64,000 nt of DNA from assembly GCA_050287845.1 (NCBI GenBank), contig JBNKCR010000030.1, positions 27,019 to 91,018 of the forward strand. Direction: 5' to 3'. Source of the stretch: Polyangia bacterium. Its GTDB lineage: Bacteria; Myxococcota_A; Polyangia; JAAYKL01. The position numbers and the translations under genes are program-made. This document shows, piece by piece, positions 48,326-58,396 of the stretch; the stretch's first letter is position 1; each line of letters opens with the position of its first letter. The notes beneath the pieces are model-generated. The model was not told where the DNA came from. It saw nothing but the letters and a program-made list of their open reading frames with translations, and did no database searches.

Positions 48326-51133
48326 ATGCGAAATTCTGATATGTTTTACTTACTTCTTTTTTTTCTGATGATTCCCATGGTCTGCCTCGACGCCGTTGCC
48401 GGGGTTGCTGCCGGGACCGGGGCCGGGAAAAGTACACTGAAAGTGACGGTGAATGCCTCCGTGGATATCCCGTCGCTGGACAGGCTGACCGGAGAGGCCA
48501 CGTATTCAGTAACCAATACCGGCAACAGCGAACTTTCTGAGATTCACTTCATGCTTTATCCCAATCAATTCACACAGCTGTCGGAAAACATCCCGGTGTA
48601 TGCACGGGAATGGATTTATCCGAATGGATTCAGCCCCGGAGAACTGACAGTCCATCATGTTCGGGAGGTGGCCACCGGGAAAGACCTCCCTGTTCGGATG
48701 ACGCCATTTCAGATAGGCAAATCCACAGCTGACCGTTTCATTATGGAAATTGCATTGCCAACCCCCGTTGCCGTTGGCCAGACGATCTCGCTGCACATCC
48801 GATATGCCATTGCCATCCCTGAAAGGCGGGGTCGGTTCGGGTACTTCGATGGTGTGCTTTCGCTGGCGGGGGGATGGTTACCCCGTCCGACTCCGATGGA
48901 CAACACCGATTGGCGTTCGCCCTATCCGGTGGATCTGACCCTCTCGGTAAAACTCCCCGCCGGAATGGGGGGATACGTGATAGATCAGGTTGTGACAGAT
49001 TCCAACCAACGCCAGACCATTGATATTGACAAAACAGGTGTCGCCGAACCAACCGTTATCCTGATGGATCGGATGGAACTGCGCAGTGTAGCCCGTCCGG
49101 AGGGCAATATTCATTACCTGACCAATCACTACGTGGAATCACCGGAGAGTGTTTCGATGGACCCCGGGATAAAAGCACACCGCCAGAAGAGAAAACCCCT
49201 GACCGCTCAGGCGAAACGCATCCGGCGGACTGTTGAAATCATTGATGACGTCCGTGCCCTTTTCCCTCCCGATCAGTTTCCCAAAAAGGATTTTTACGTC
49301 ATCGAAATTCCGGCGTGGGACCGATTGTCTCAGGTGAGTGACGACGTGCTGTTGCTCTCCGATCGCACCTTTGAAGTGGTCCCCTATCCCCAGGCGCTGA
49401 TGTTTCACATGAGTGATGTGGCCAGGACGGTGGCCACGCTTGTGGCACAGCCATACACCCGCAAAGACGGTTCACTTTCGGAATTTGCAGCCGAAATCGT
49501 TGGTTACCATTTTCAGCAGCGCTATCTGCAGGTGGCAAAGGAAAAGCGGGAGGAGCTGGCCCAGCTGCTCCGATTCCTCGCGTTCAACCCCTATGTGGAC
49601 AACCTCATCTATGCACCGCAGATGCCGTTTGAGCATGCATATGTGCGAAGCATTGAGGAAACCGACATCTTCCGGGGAGAGTTGTGGCGAACACTCAATT
49701 CCCTGCCGAGGGGAAAACGGATTGTGGCCAAACTCGAAGATCTCCTTGACCGTGAGGAAACGCAACTGTTCTTTGATGCATATCTTCAGGGAGACCAGTG
49801 TTTTCTCTCTCTTTTGAATCAGAGATTGGAAATGGGCAGCCGGTTTGCAAAACAGTGGTTTGGCAAGTATCCCATCGTGGGCTATGCACTTGGCAAAAGC
49901 GCCAGTGAACGCGCAGGCAACACATATCACCACACCGTTGAAGTGATTCAGAACGGGGAACCCATTGCAGAACCGGTTACGGTGTTGCTCACCGACCGGG
50001 ATAATCAGACAACACGTCTGAAATGGGACGGCATGGGCACCCATGCAACACTGACCTGGCAATCCGATGCGCCGCTGAAATCTGTTCAGATAGACCCGGA
50101 CTACAGACTGGTGGAAACCGCCAAAGTACAGGGACATCCCATGAGCGACAATGCGCGCCCGCTGGGGATGCGCCCTCCCCTGCTGACTGACCTCACTGCA
50201 TGGGGCGATTCGGTCACCCGGGAGCCGTTCATGCTCATCGCATTCAGTTTTCGCAGAAAGTACGACATTTCCAATTCTTTTCAAATCAGCGCTTCACATA
50301 CGCCCAGGCAGAATGGCGGCAGTCTCGGCTATTTCAGGCATTTTGGCTACAACCGAACGCTGAATGCACGGACATGGTATGCGGGCCCCAGACTGGGTCT
50401 GTACAAATATCTCGACGCCACCGCCACCGAACCCGGCATCCACAAGAACAACCGATATACGGCCACCCTGGCGTCCATCAACATTCTGGCGGGTATGGAC
50501 GACCGGCGGTTTCTGCTTGATCCGCAGTTTGGAAAATCCTTTCAGATCAGCCTGGGATACTGGGTGGGCAAAAGCAAGGACAATGGCGTCGTTCAGCATG
50601 CCAAGGGGAGTCTGCGGGTTTTCAAAGTGATTCCATTGGCGCTGGGACACACCCTGGTCGCCTATGGCGGCATCAGCGCGGTCATTGGACAGCCTCCCGC
50701 ATCAAATCTGGTGACACTCTCCCATGCACAGATACTTCGGGGATTCGATTTGGGTGAAACCTACGGCCGGGTAGGCGTGTACGCAGTGAGCGAATATCGG
50801 CACACGCTGATTGGCAGCACTTCTCTGGAATTTCCCCTGCGCACCCTGCTCAGTCGCGTACAGGGTGTCCTGTTTGTGGGCGCCGGGTCCGCCTCCCGGC
50901 CGGAGACCTACCGAACACTCTTTCAGCCCGAAAGAAATTTCGCAGAAGTGGGATACGGCCTCCGGTTTCATTTTCTCCTGATGGGCGCAGTCCCCTATCT
51001 GCTGGCCCTGGATTTTGTGGTCCCCATTCATCCCACCGACCGCAGATACACCGTTGTCAACGACGACCGTACAGAGTCACACTATCCCAGAGAACCATGG
51101 CGCATCGCCATCGGCTTCACCCAGACCTTCTGA
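48326..51133 (+). CDS. Omp85-like barrel fused to a degenerate M1-aminopeptidase-like region
   Basis: Y.VTN....L.EI.F.LYPN, RFG.......GGW.P, V.IDPD; barrel motifs LRGF, EYRH, EVGYGLR; terminal F.QTF. Confidence 0.65.
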   Translation: MRNSDMFYLLLFFLMIPMVCLDAVAGVAAGTGAGKSTLKVTVNASVDIPSLDRLTGEATYSVTNTGNSELSEIHFMLYPNQFTQLSENIPVYAREWIYPNGFSPGELTVHHVREVATGKDLPVRMTPFQIGKSTADRFIMEIALPTPVAVGQTISLHIRYAIAIPERRGRFGYFDGVLSLAGGWLPRPTPMDNTDWRSPYPVDLTLSVKLPAGMGGYVIDQVVTDSNQRQTIDIDKTGVAEPTVILMDRMELRSVARPEGNIHYLTNHYVESPESVSMDPGIKAHRQKRKPLTAQAKRIRRTVEIIDDVRALFPPDQFPKKDFYVIEIPAWDRLSQVSDDVLLLSDRTFEVVPYPQALMFHMSDVARTVATLVAQPYTRKDGSLSEFAAEIVGYHFQQRYLQVAKEKREELAQLLRFLAFNPYVDNLIYAPQMPFEHAYVRSIEETDIFRGELWRTLNSLPRGKRIVAKLEDLLDREETQLFFDAYLQGDQCFLSLLNQRLEMGSRFAKQWFGKYPIVGYALGKSASERAGNTYHHTVEVIQNGEPIAEPVTVLLTDRDNQTTRLKWDGMGTHATLTWQSDAPLKSVQIDPDYRLVETAKVQGHPMSDNARPLGMRPPLLTDLTAWGDSVTREPFMLIAFSFRRKYDISNSFQISASHTPRQNGGSLGYFRHFGYNRTLNARTWYAGPRLGLYKYLDATATEPGIHKNNRYTATLASINILAGMDDRRFLLDPQFGKSFQISLGYWVGKSKDNGVVQHAKGSLRVFKVIPLALGHTLVAYGGISAVIGQPPASNLVTLSHAQILRGFDLGETYGRVGVYAVSEYRHTLIGSTSLEFPLRTLLSRVQGVLFVGAGSASRPETYRTLFQPERNFAEVGYGLRFHFLLMGAVPYLLALDFVVPIHPTDRRYTVVNDDRTESHYPREPWRIAIGFTQTF

Positions 51134-51305
51134 GAGCCCGGTTGCGTCAACAGCGTGACAGGCTCGGCTACGCGGGTGTTGATGTGAAAAAAACAGCGAT
51201 ATTGACAACGCCTGTCACTCAAAAATGCCTGACAATTCCGAACATTCATTCACTCCAGGCAAAATTTGAATACGTATTATCCGCCAGATCAGGCTGAAGC
51301 GACAC

Positions 51306-51350
51306 AAATTGGCCTTACCACTTGACAGACCAATTCTCCTCTGCAAATCT
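51306..51350 (+). promoter_or_regulatory. FadR/UxuR-type operator overlapping the -35 of the kdgK promoter
   Basis: AAATTGGCCTTACCACTTGACAGACCAATT (TGG-N5-CCA plus GACCAATT half-site); TTGACA-17 nt-AAATCT with TGn. Confidence 0.6.
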
Positions 51351-51357
51351 CGCATTT

Positions 51358-52455
51358 ATGATTTTACAGATCAAATCCAAATCGACCTGTCGGTTTGACC
51401 TGGTATCTCTTGGCGAAGTGATGCTCCGTCTCGATCCGGGGCACATGCGCGTCCACACCACCCGTTCCTTCAACGTGTTTGAAGGGGGTGGAGAATACAA
51501 TGTCGCCCGCGGTCTCAAGCGCTGTTTCGGACTGGATACCGGGGTGGTCACGGCGCTGGTGGACAACCCGGTGGGCAGACTGCTTCAGGATTTGCTCTAC
51601 CAGGGGGGCGTGAACCAATCCTACATCAAATGGGTTGACAGCGACGGCACGGGACGCCGGGTGCGAAACGGTCTCAATTTTACCGAGCGGGGGTACGGCC
51701 TGCGTGGGGCGCTGGGCTGTTCGGATCGTGGACACTCCGCGGCAAGCCAGTTGCAACCCGGGGAGATTGACTGGCATCGAATCTTCGCAGATGACGGCGT
51801 GCGCTGGTTTCATACCGGCGGCATTTTCGCCGGCCTTTCTGAAAGCACCGCTGCGGTGGCGGCGGAGGCCATGAAGGCGGCCCGTGAAAATGGCACCATT
51901 GTTTCGTTTGATTTGAACTATCGCCCATCCCTCTGGAAGGATATTGGCGGTATGACAAGGGCCCGGGAAGTGAATCGGGAGCTTGCCCGGTATGTGGATG
52001 TCATGATCGGCAACGAAGAGGACTTCACCGCGGCGCTGGGTTTTGATGTGAATGAGACCGACGACAGTTACAGCAACCTCGATATCGATTCCTACGAAAA
52101 AATGATTCTGGCGGCAACCGATGAATTTCCGAATTTTACGGTGGTAGCGACCACCCTGCGACAGGCGAAAACCGCCACGCGCAACGACTGGGGTGCCCTC
52201 TGCTGGCAGAACGGAAAAATGTATCACGCCACCTACCGCAACGATCTGGAAATATTCGACCGGGTCGGCGGCGGCGATTCATTTGCCTCGGGGTTGATTT
52301 TCGGATTTCTGACCGACCGTGGCCCGCAATGGGCAGTGGAGTGTGGCGCTGTCCATGGTGCACTGGCCATGACCACACCGGGAGATACCACCATGGCGAC
52401 TTTGGCCGAAGTGGAAAAAGCAATGAAGGGCCTTGGCGCCCGAGTGGAGAGATGA
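51358..52455 (+). CDS. kdgK: 2-keto-3-deoxygluconate kinase (PfkB family)
   Basis: LGEVMLRL, GGGE.NVA, DLNYR.SLW, GNEED and DRVGGGDSFASG motifs; adjacent to eda and uxaC. Confidence 0.88.
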   Translation: MILQIKSKSTCRFDLVSLGEVMLRLDPGHMRVHTTRSFNVFEGGGEYNVARGLKRCFGLDTGVVTALVDNPVGRLLQDLLYQGGVNQSYIKWVDSDGTGRRVRNGLNFTERGYGLRGALGCSDRGHSAASQLQPGEIDWHRIFADDGVRWFHTGGIFAGLSESTAAVAAEAMKAARENGTIVSFDLNYRPSLWKDIGGMTRAREVNRELARYVDVMIGNEEDFTAALGFDVNETDDSYSNLDIDSYEKMILAATDEFPNFTVVATTLRQAKTATRNDWGALCWQNGKMYHATYRNDLEIFDRVGGGDSFASGLIFGFLTDRGPQWAVECGAVHGALAMTTPGDTTMATLAEVEKAMKGLGARVER

Positions 52456-52461
52456 AAACCT

Positions 52462-53127
52462 ATGCGGAAATCAAACAATACGCTTGACCGGATTCTCTTG
52501 ACCGGAATCCTGCCGGTAGTTCGTGCCCATACCGGCGAAGAGGCGCTGGCGCTGGTGGGCGCCATCCGCGCCGGGGGCATTGATATTATAGAACTGACCA
52601 TGACCGTCCCCGGTGCAGTGGATTTGATACGGGAGCTGACCATGCGATTCAGTGACGACATGGTAGTGGGGGCCGGCACCGTTCTGGACGCGGAAACGGC
52701 CCGGGCCTGTATACTGGCGGGTGCGCAATTTGTGGTAAGTCCCTCGCTGGACATCCCCACCATTGCATGTTGTAACACCTACAGCGTACCGGTCTTTCCC
52801 GGCGCCCTTACCCCCACCGAGATACTGACCGCCTGGCGCGCCGGAGCCACCATGGTCAAAGTGTTTCCCGCCAGCGCCATGGGGGGCATCGGCTATATCC
52901 GTGCGCTCAGGGGACCGCTGCCACAAATCGAACTCGTGCCCACCGGAGGCGTCAGTCTGGCCAATGCCGGCGATTTTATCCTGGCCGGCGCCAGCGCCGT
53001 GGGAGCGGGTTCTGATCTGATCTCTGCGGCAGCAGGCGAAGACGGCATGGACGGGGTGGCAGAAAAGGCCCGACAGTATATGCAGGAAATCAGAAATGCG
53101 CGCCTGGCGCTCACGACTCGGTGCTGA
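52462..53127 (+). CDS. eda: KDPG/KHG aldolase
   Basis: VVR, GAGTVLD, GA.F.VSP, PGALTPTE, VKVFPA and PTGGV motifs. Confidence 0.93.
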   Translation: MRKSNNTLDRILLTGILPVVRAHTGEEALALVGAIRAGGIDIIELTMTVPGAVDLIRELTMRFSDDMVVGAGTVLDAETARACILAGAQFVVSPSLDIPTIACCNTYSVPVFPGALTPTEILTAWRAGATMVKVFPASAMGGIGYIRALRGPLPQIELVPTGGVSLANAGDFILAGASAVGAGSDLISAAAGEDGMDGVAEKARQYMQEIRNARLALTTRC

Positions 53128-53162
53128 AATCATTCAACCGGCGCCAAAGGAGCTACGGATAT

Positions 53163-55406
53163 ATGCAGAAGCAGACAGGAAACGGTACATCGGTCATTCA
53201 ACCCGTTGACACCGTCAGATTATATCGAAAAATTGCAGGACAACTCTCGGAACTCATCGCGGCGGGCGAGTTTGCAGTGGGCCAGAGATTGCCTTCGGAA
53301 CGGGAACTCGCCGCTCAACTGGGGGTATCACGGCCTTCGGTCCGGGAGGCGCTCATTGCCCTGGAAGTGAAAGGCGTTGTCGAAATCCGCGTGGGCGCCG
53401 GCGTTTTTGTCTCACCCGCCACCGACAGAGACATTGTGAGCAGCATTGATTTCGATGAAGGGGAAGGTCCGTTTGAATTGCTGCAGGCCCGGCGAGTGGT
53501 GGAAGGAGAAACCGCAGCCCTGGCGGCCACCCGCGCCACCGCCGGCGATTTGGCCAGCATTCGCGCTGCGGCCAAAGAAATGCGTCACGCCCACCTGCAC
53601 GGAAAGATGACCGAAGATACCGACCGTGCATTTCATCTGTCCATTGCGAAAGCGGCACACAACGGTCCCCTCGCGTCGATAGTTCAGATGCTGTGGGATC
53701 AGGGGCGTGGACTCATCTGGAAGCAGATGGCCAATCACTTTGATACACCCGAGCTGCGCGCCGAAACCCTGCGACGGCATGACGCCATTCTGGAAGCCAT
53801 CGAGGAACGCACCCCGGAGGAAGCACGCCAGAAAATGTGCGACCACATCGACCGGGTATCTCAGGGATTTGAAGGCAGCTGGGAATCCATCAGAGAAGAT
53901 ACGGGCAGGATAAGCCAGCCTCCCGCACCGGGAACCGTCACCAGTATCGCCAGCGCCCACCGGCCGCTGATTCTGCACAGAGACCGACTGTTTCCGTCAG
54001 ATTCCACCCAACGCGCTATTGCCCAGAGTTTATATGAATCCGTACGGGATCTGCCCATCGTCAGCCCCCATGGTCATACCGATCCCCGTTGGTTTGCCGG
54101 CAATGAACCATTTTCAGATCCGGCGACCCTGCTGATTATTCCCGATCACTACGTATTCCGGATGCTGTACAGTCAGGGGGTACCATTGGAAGACCTTGGG
54201 GTTCCCAGGCTGGATGGACAGCATGTGGAATGCGACGGACGGCGCATCTGGCGTCGTTTCGCTGAACATTGGCACCTGTTCCGGGGCACCCCTTCCCGCA
54301 TGTGGCTGAATCATTCTCTTCGAGATGTCTTCAAGGTTCGCGAGCAGCTGTCGCCCCAATCCGCCGATCGGATATACGACCATATCGCCGAACGACTTGC
54401 CAGCCCGGAATTTCTGCCGCGGGCAATGTTTGAGCGCTTTAATATTGAAGTACTCGCCACCACTGAATCTCCCCTGGATTCCCTGGTTCATCATCGGACC
54501 ATTGCGGAATCCGGTTGGCATGGTAAAGTTCTCACCACTTTCAGACCGGATCCGGTGGTCGATCCCGATTCGGTCAACTTCGTGGAAAATGTACAGCGGC
54601 TGGGGATGCTTACAGACGAAGATACATTTACCTGGACCGGATACCTGAAAGCCCTGGTGAAACGACGGGCCTTCTTTGCCAGCCATGGGGCAACGGCAAC
54701 GGATCATGGCCATCCTTCGGCAACCACCTGCGATTTGTCGCGCCGCGCCTGCGCTACCCTTTTTACCAGAGTTATCGGTGACAAAGCCACGCCGGACGAA
54801 AAAGAAACGTTCAGAGGACAGATGCTCACAGAAATGGCCCGGATGAGCATTGACGATGGCCTCGTCATGCAGATTCACCCGGGCGCCATGCGCAATCATA
54901 ACCCGGAAGTCCAAAAAAAATTCGGTCCAGACAAAGGGGCTGACATTCCCGTGCAAACCGATTTTGTGCACAGTCTCAAACCCCTGCTGGATCGTTTTGG
55001 CAACGAGAAACAACTATCGGTCATTCTGTTCACCCTCGATGAATCCGTGTATTCCCGAGAGCTGGCCACCCTGGCCGGACACTATCCGATTCTGAAGCTC
55101 GGCCCGGCGTGGTGGTTCCACGACAGTCCGGAAGGCATGCGCCGATATCGGGAATGTGTGACCGAAACCGCCGGATTCTATAATACCGTGGGCTTCAACG
55201 ACGATACCCGGGCTTTTCCATCCATTCCCGCAAGACACGATGTGGCCCGTCGGGTGGACTGCGCCTTTCTGGCCAGGCTGGTGGCGGAGCATCGACTTGA
55301 GGAAGAAGAAGCCCATGAAATTGCCGTGGATCTGGCATATCGACTGGCCAAACGCTCGTATAAGCTGAAATCCTCCCCCACCAATGTTCAGAGCAAATCC
55401 GGTTGA
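53163..55406 (+). CDS. uxaC: Fusion of a GntR/FadR-family regulator (wHTH+FCD) and glucuronate isomerase
   Basis: LPSERELA..LGVSR.SVREAL and D..FH..IA, then SPHGHTDP, PDHY..RML.SQG, WWFHDS and GFNDDTRAF.SIPARHD, all in one ORF; AGGAG RBS before the ATG at 53163. Confidence 0.9.
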   Translation: MQKQTGNGTSVIQPVDTVRLYRKIAGQLSELIAAGEFAVGQRLPSERELAAQLGVSRPSVREALIALEVKGVVEIRVGAGVFVSPATDRDIVSSIDFDEGEGPFELLQARRVVEGETAALAATRATAGDLASIRAAAKEMRHAHLHGKMTEDTDRAFHLSIAKAAHNGPLASIVQMLWDQGRGLIWKQMANHFDTPELRAETLRRHDAILEAIEERTPEEARQKMCDHIDRVSQGFEGSWESIREDTGRISQPPAPGTVTSIASAHRPLILHRDRLFPSDSTQRAIAQSLYESVRDLPIVSPHGHTDPRWFAGNEPFSDPATLLIIPDHYVFRMLYSQGVPLEDLGVPRLDGQHVECDGRRIWRRFAEHWHLFRGTPSRMWLNHSLRDVFKVREQLSPQSADRIYDHIAERLASPEFLPRAMFERFNIEVLATTESPLDSLVHHRTIAESGWHGKVLTTFRPDPVVDPDSVNFVENVQRLGMLTDEDTFTWTGYLKALVKRRAFFASHGATATDHGHPSATTCDLSRRACATLFTRVIGDKATPDEKETFRGQMLTEMARMSIDDGLVMQIHPGAMRNHNPEVQKKFGPDKGADIPVQTDFVHSLKPLLDRFGNEKQLSVILFTLDESVYSRELATLAGHYPILKLGPAWWFHDSPEGMRRYRECVTETAGFYNTVGFNDDTRAFPSIPARHDVARRVDCAFLARLVAEHRLEEEEAHEIAVDLAYRLAKRSYKLKSSPTNVQSKSG

Positions 55407-55517
55407 TGCCCCTTTCCTTCCGCGCTGTGCTGCACCACCGCAACGCCCGGGGCCAGTTCGAGCAACTCGTCCGTGCTCTCCGGCATCCGGTCTCCAAGCT
55501 CCGTGTTTTATCAAAAA

Positions 55518-56993
55518 TTATGACTGATTCAGGCAAGGAAAATATTCCTGTAGTGCGGGAAAATTGGAGAGTCCGGTACCCGCGTCAATGGCTTCCTGAA
55601 TCTGACTGGCCATCGTCGTATCGCCGATAAGGACTGCCCCTTTCAATGTGCCATCTGAGACCACCAGCCGTCGATAAATCTGTTCCGCGTTGTATTCGTA
55701 AATATTGCAGCTGGCATCCTCGGGGTTGATGAGCCCGACACTGAACACCTCGGCATCGAGTACTTTCAGTCGATTCGACCTCGCCATGCCTTTGAATTTC
55801 TGCCCACCCCCCATGGCATTTGCGGCGGCAATCGCTCCCTGAACGTGTGCCGCAGGCCAGATCCCATACGAAATCCCCCGGTGCTCACATACATCTCCGG
55901 CGGCAAAAATATGGGGATCATCGGTCCGTAGCGCATCGTCCACCACCACGCCCCGTGCCACTGTGAGGTTGCATTGTCTGGCCAGATAACTGTTGGCGCG
56001 GACCCCCGTGGAGACCACCACCATATCGGCATCTATTGCCCGACCGTCCTCCAGCCGAACGCCGCGTACCGACTCATCACCAACAATTTCTCTGGTATGC
56101 GCGTTGGTCACCACGCTGATTTGTTTTTGCCCCAGCACATCAATCAGCATTTCACCGGCTTTTTGGGGCAGTTGTCTGGGCAGAAGCCACCCGTATCCCT
56201 CCAGCACCTGGACGTTGCAATCCCGATTTCGCAGGGCGCCCGCTGCTTCCAGCCCCAGCAATCCCCCCCCAATCACTATCACATTGGTGGACACTGCCGC
56301 CATTTCAATAATCGCATCTGCATCTTTGCGGGTCCGCAGGGTAAACACCCCTTCACGATGGGTTCCGGTCACCGGGGGGACAAAACTGTGTGCGCCCGTC
56401 GCCAGAATCAATTTGTCATATGACATCACTGTGCCGTCTTTCAGACTCAGTTTGCGGTTCTCCCGGTCAATGGCTGTCACATCCCCATACACCAGCTGCA
56501 CGTTATGCTCGGCAAACCAAGCATCATTTTTCATCTGCAGTGACGGGCCATCCACTTCCCCGGCCAGGTATCGGGTCAGATTCAATCTGAAATACGGCAA
56601 CAGCGGCTCCCGGGAAATCAGCACCACTTCAGCGCCTTCAATCCCCGCCGCAGTTTCGGCCGCGGTGACCCCTGCCACGCCGGCGCCCACAATGATCAGT
56701 CTGACCCGGTTCCCCGATCCGATATCCGCTCCGATTTCCATTTCCATCGCCGAGAAATGTTCCGACGGCACTGAACACACCGGACAGGTCGCAGGGGGAT
56801 CGCTGCCTTCGTGAATATATCCGCACACATTGCATTGCCATTTTCCTTTTGATTCCTTTGGCGTAAACTCCTCCACCGGGGAATCCGCGAAATGATCGCT
56901 GTCCACACCACATACCGGACAAATATCCGGTGGTTCGGCGCCTGTGTGAATATACCCGCAAACATCGCAGGTCCATCGTATCCGTTCAGCCAT
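55518..56993 (-). CDS. Tandem rubredoxin-like domains fused to an FAD-dependent NAD(P)H oxidoreductase
   Basis: Two WxCxVCGYIH...CPVC domains; GAGVAG, LATGA, GGGLLGLE and T.DP.IFAAGD motifs; GGAGG RBS. Confidence 0.9.
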   Translation of the reverse strand: MAERIRWTCDVCGYIHTGAEPPDICPVCGVDSDHFADSPVEEFTPKESKGKWQCNVCGYIHEGSDPPATCPVCSVPSEHFSAMEMEIGADIGSGNRVRLIIVGAGVAGVTAAETAAGIEGAEVVLISREPLLPYFRLNLTRYLAGEVDGPSLQMKNDAWFAEHNVQLVYGDVTAIDRENRKLSLKDGTVMSYDKLILATGAHSFVPPVTGTHREGVFTLRTRKDADAIIEMAAVSTNVIVIGGGLLGLEAAGALRNRDCNVQVLEGYGWLLPRQLPQKAGEMLIDVLGQKQISVVTNAHTREIVGDESVRGVRLEDGRAIDADMVVVSTGVRANSYLARQCNLTVARGVVVDDALRTDDPHIFAAGDVCEHRGISYGIWPAAHVQGAIAAANAMGGGQKFKGMARSNRLKVLDAEVFSVGLINPEDASCNIYEYNAEQIYRRLVVSDGTLKGAVLIGDTTMASQIQEAIDAGTGLSNFPALQEYFPCLNQS

Positions 56994-57369
56994 ATACCCT
57001 CCATGTACGGAAACATCATGAATTTCCTGATTGCACACCACCCATTAAACAGAATATCCGATGGAACACAAGCATCATTCAGCCGATTCCCCTGAGGGTA
57101 ACCCCGACGCGGATTGGGGGGATTCATGGGGGACACCATTCAAAAGATTCAGGCTGATCATGATGTACAAATGACCCACCCGGGTCTTCTATACCCCATG
57201 TTTTTTTGATAATATTGAAACTTTATCCTATCCGTATCCATCAACTTATTTAATTAATTGATAGAAATAAATATAAATTAAAAGAGTGAATCGGCACCGG
57301 AATTGCACGAAGTAATTGTATACTTCCTGCGCTAATTGCGGGCATTGATTCCACGAGGGGGCAAAAACC

Positions 57370-58098
57370 ATGACAACAACAGTTGAAGAGTTGGTCGAAA
57401 AACAGGTGCATCGATGGTACATGGAACGCGATAGCCTGAAAAAAGAGCTGTTGCATGGGCACCTGCCCAAACCCGTTATCACCATCTCCAGACTTCTGGG
57501 GAGCGGTGCATCGGAAATCGCAAAGGAACTGGTGCAACAGCTGGACTGCGAACTGGTGGGGATTCGCATCATGGACGAAGTCGCAAAGCGATCAAATATT
57601 CGGAAGGAACTGGTGGATGCCATTGATGAGCGTGTCCGCACCCAGATTGGCGATTGGCTGGACTGGATTTTTCATGGGCAGTCCGTGAATTCCGATGAAC
57701 ACTATCGCAACCTGCTCGAAGTGATGAATTATTTCATGGAAATGGGGAACGTGGTGATGCTGGGCAGAGGCGCCGGATTTCTGCCCAGGACCCGTCCCAG
57801 ACTCGACGTGCGCATCGTCGCGCCCAATGACCGGCGGGAACAACGGGTCATGCAGCTGAAAAACTGTGACCGCACCGAGGCCATGTACACCATCAATGAG
57901 AGCGACACCCATCGCACCCAGTTCATCAAATTCCTTTTCGGGGCGGACTGGTGGGATGCCAGACAGTACGACCTGATAATCAATACCGCCAATGTCTCCA
58001 CCGAAGGCGCGGTGCACATCATCAAACAGGCATGGCAAACCTACGCGGAACGACACCGCAACGCATGGTCCTACCTCTCGGTACAAATGCAGTCGTAA
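57370..58098 (+). CDS. Cytidylate kinase-like family protein
   Basis: ITISR..GSG, V.LGRGA, R..R, D..R and YDL.INT motifs. Confidence 0.85.
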   Translation: MTTTVEELVEKQVHRWYMERDSLKKELLHGHLPKPVITISRLLGSGASEIAKELVQQLDCELVGIRIMDEVAKRSNIRKELVDAIDERVRTQIGDWLDWIFHGQSVNSDEHYRNLLEVMNYFMEMGNVVMLGRGAGFLPRTRPRLDVRIVAPNDRREQRVMQLKNCDRTEAMYTINESDTHRTQFIKFLFGADWWDARQYDLIINTANVSTEGAVHIIKQAWQTYAERHRNAWSYLSVQMQS

Positions 58099-58396
58099 GA
58101 ACACACTGTCTACCGACACATCACTCTGATGCAGTCTACAGAGTGACCATGGCGGGGGAAAACGGTTGAGCTTCCTTTGAATGGACAGGTTGAATGGTTC
58201 AGAATCGATTTGCCGAAAATTGTATCCGCCTATTTTGGAACGAGTATGCGGTATGAAAACATATCTGTGGTATCCCATCCGCAAAGGTTGACGATATTTA
58301 TTGCGCGGTTAACTTTTCAGGAAAGGTTTACATCATCATCGCTATGTGGAAGCTGCAATGTTTTTTTGCAGCGTCACTGTGAGGAAGGAGGAGAGT

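Noticed and set aside
51155..51218. GTGACAGGC/GCCTGTCAC 9-bp inverted repeat
   Set aside because: The arms are 46 nt apart with no U-tract, too weak to assign as a terminator or operator.
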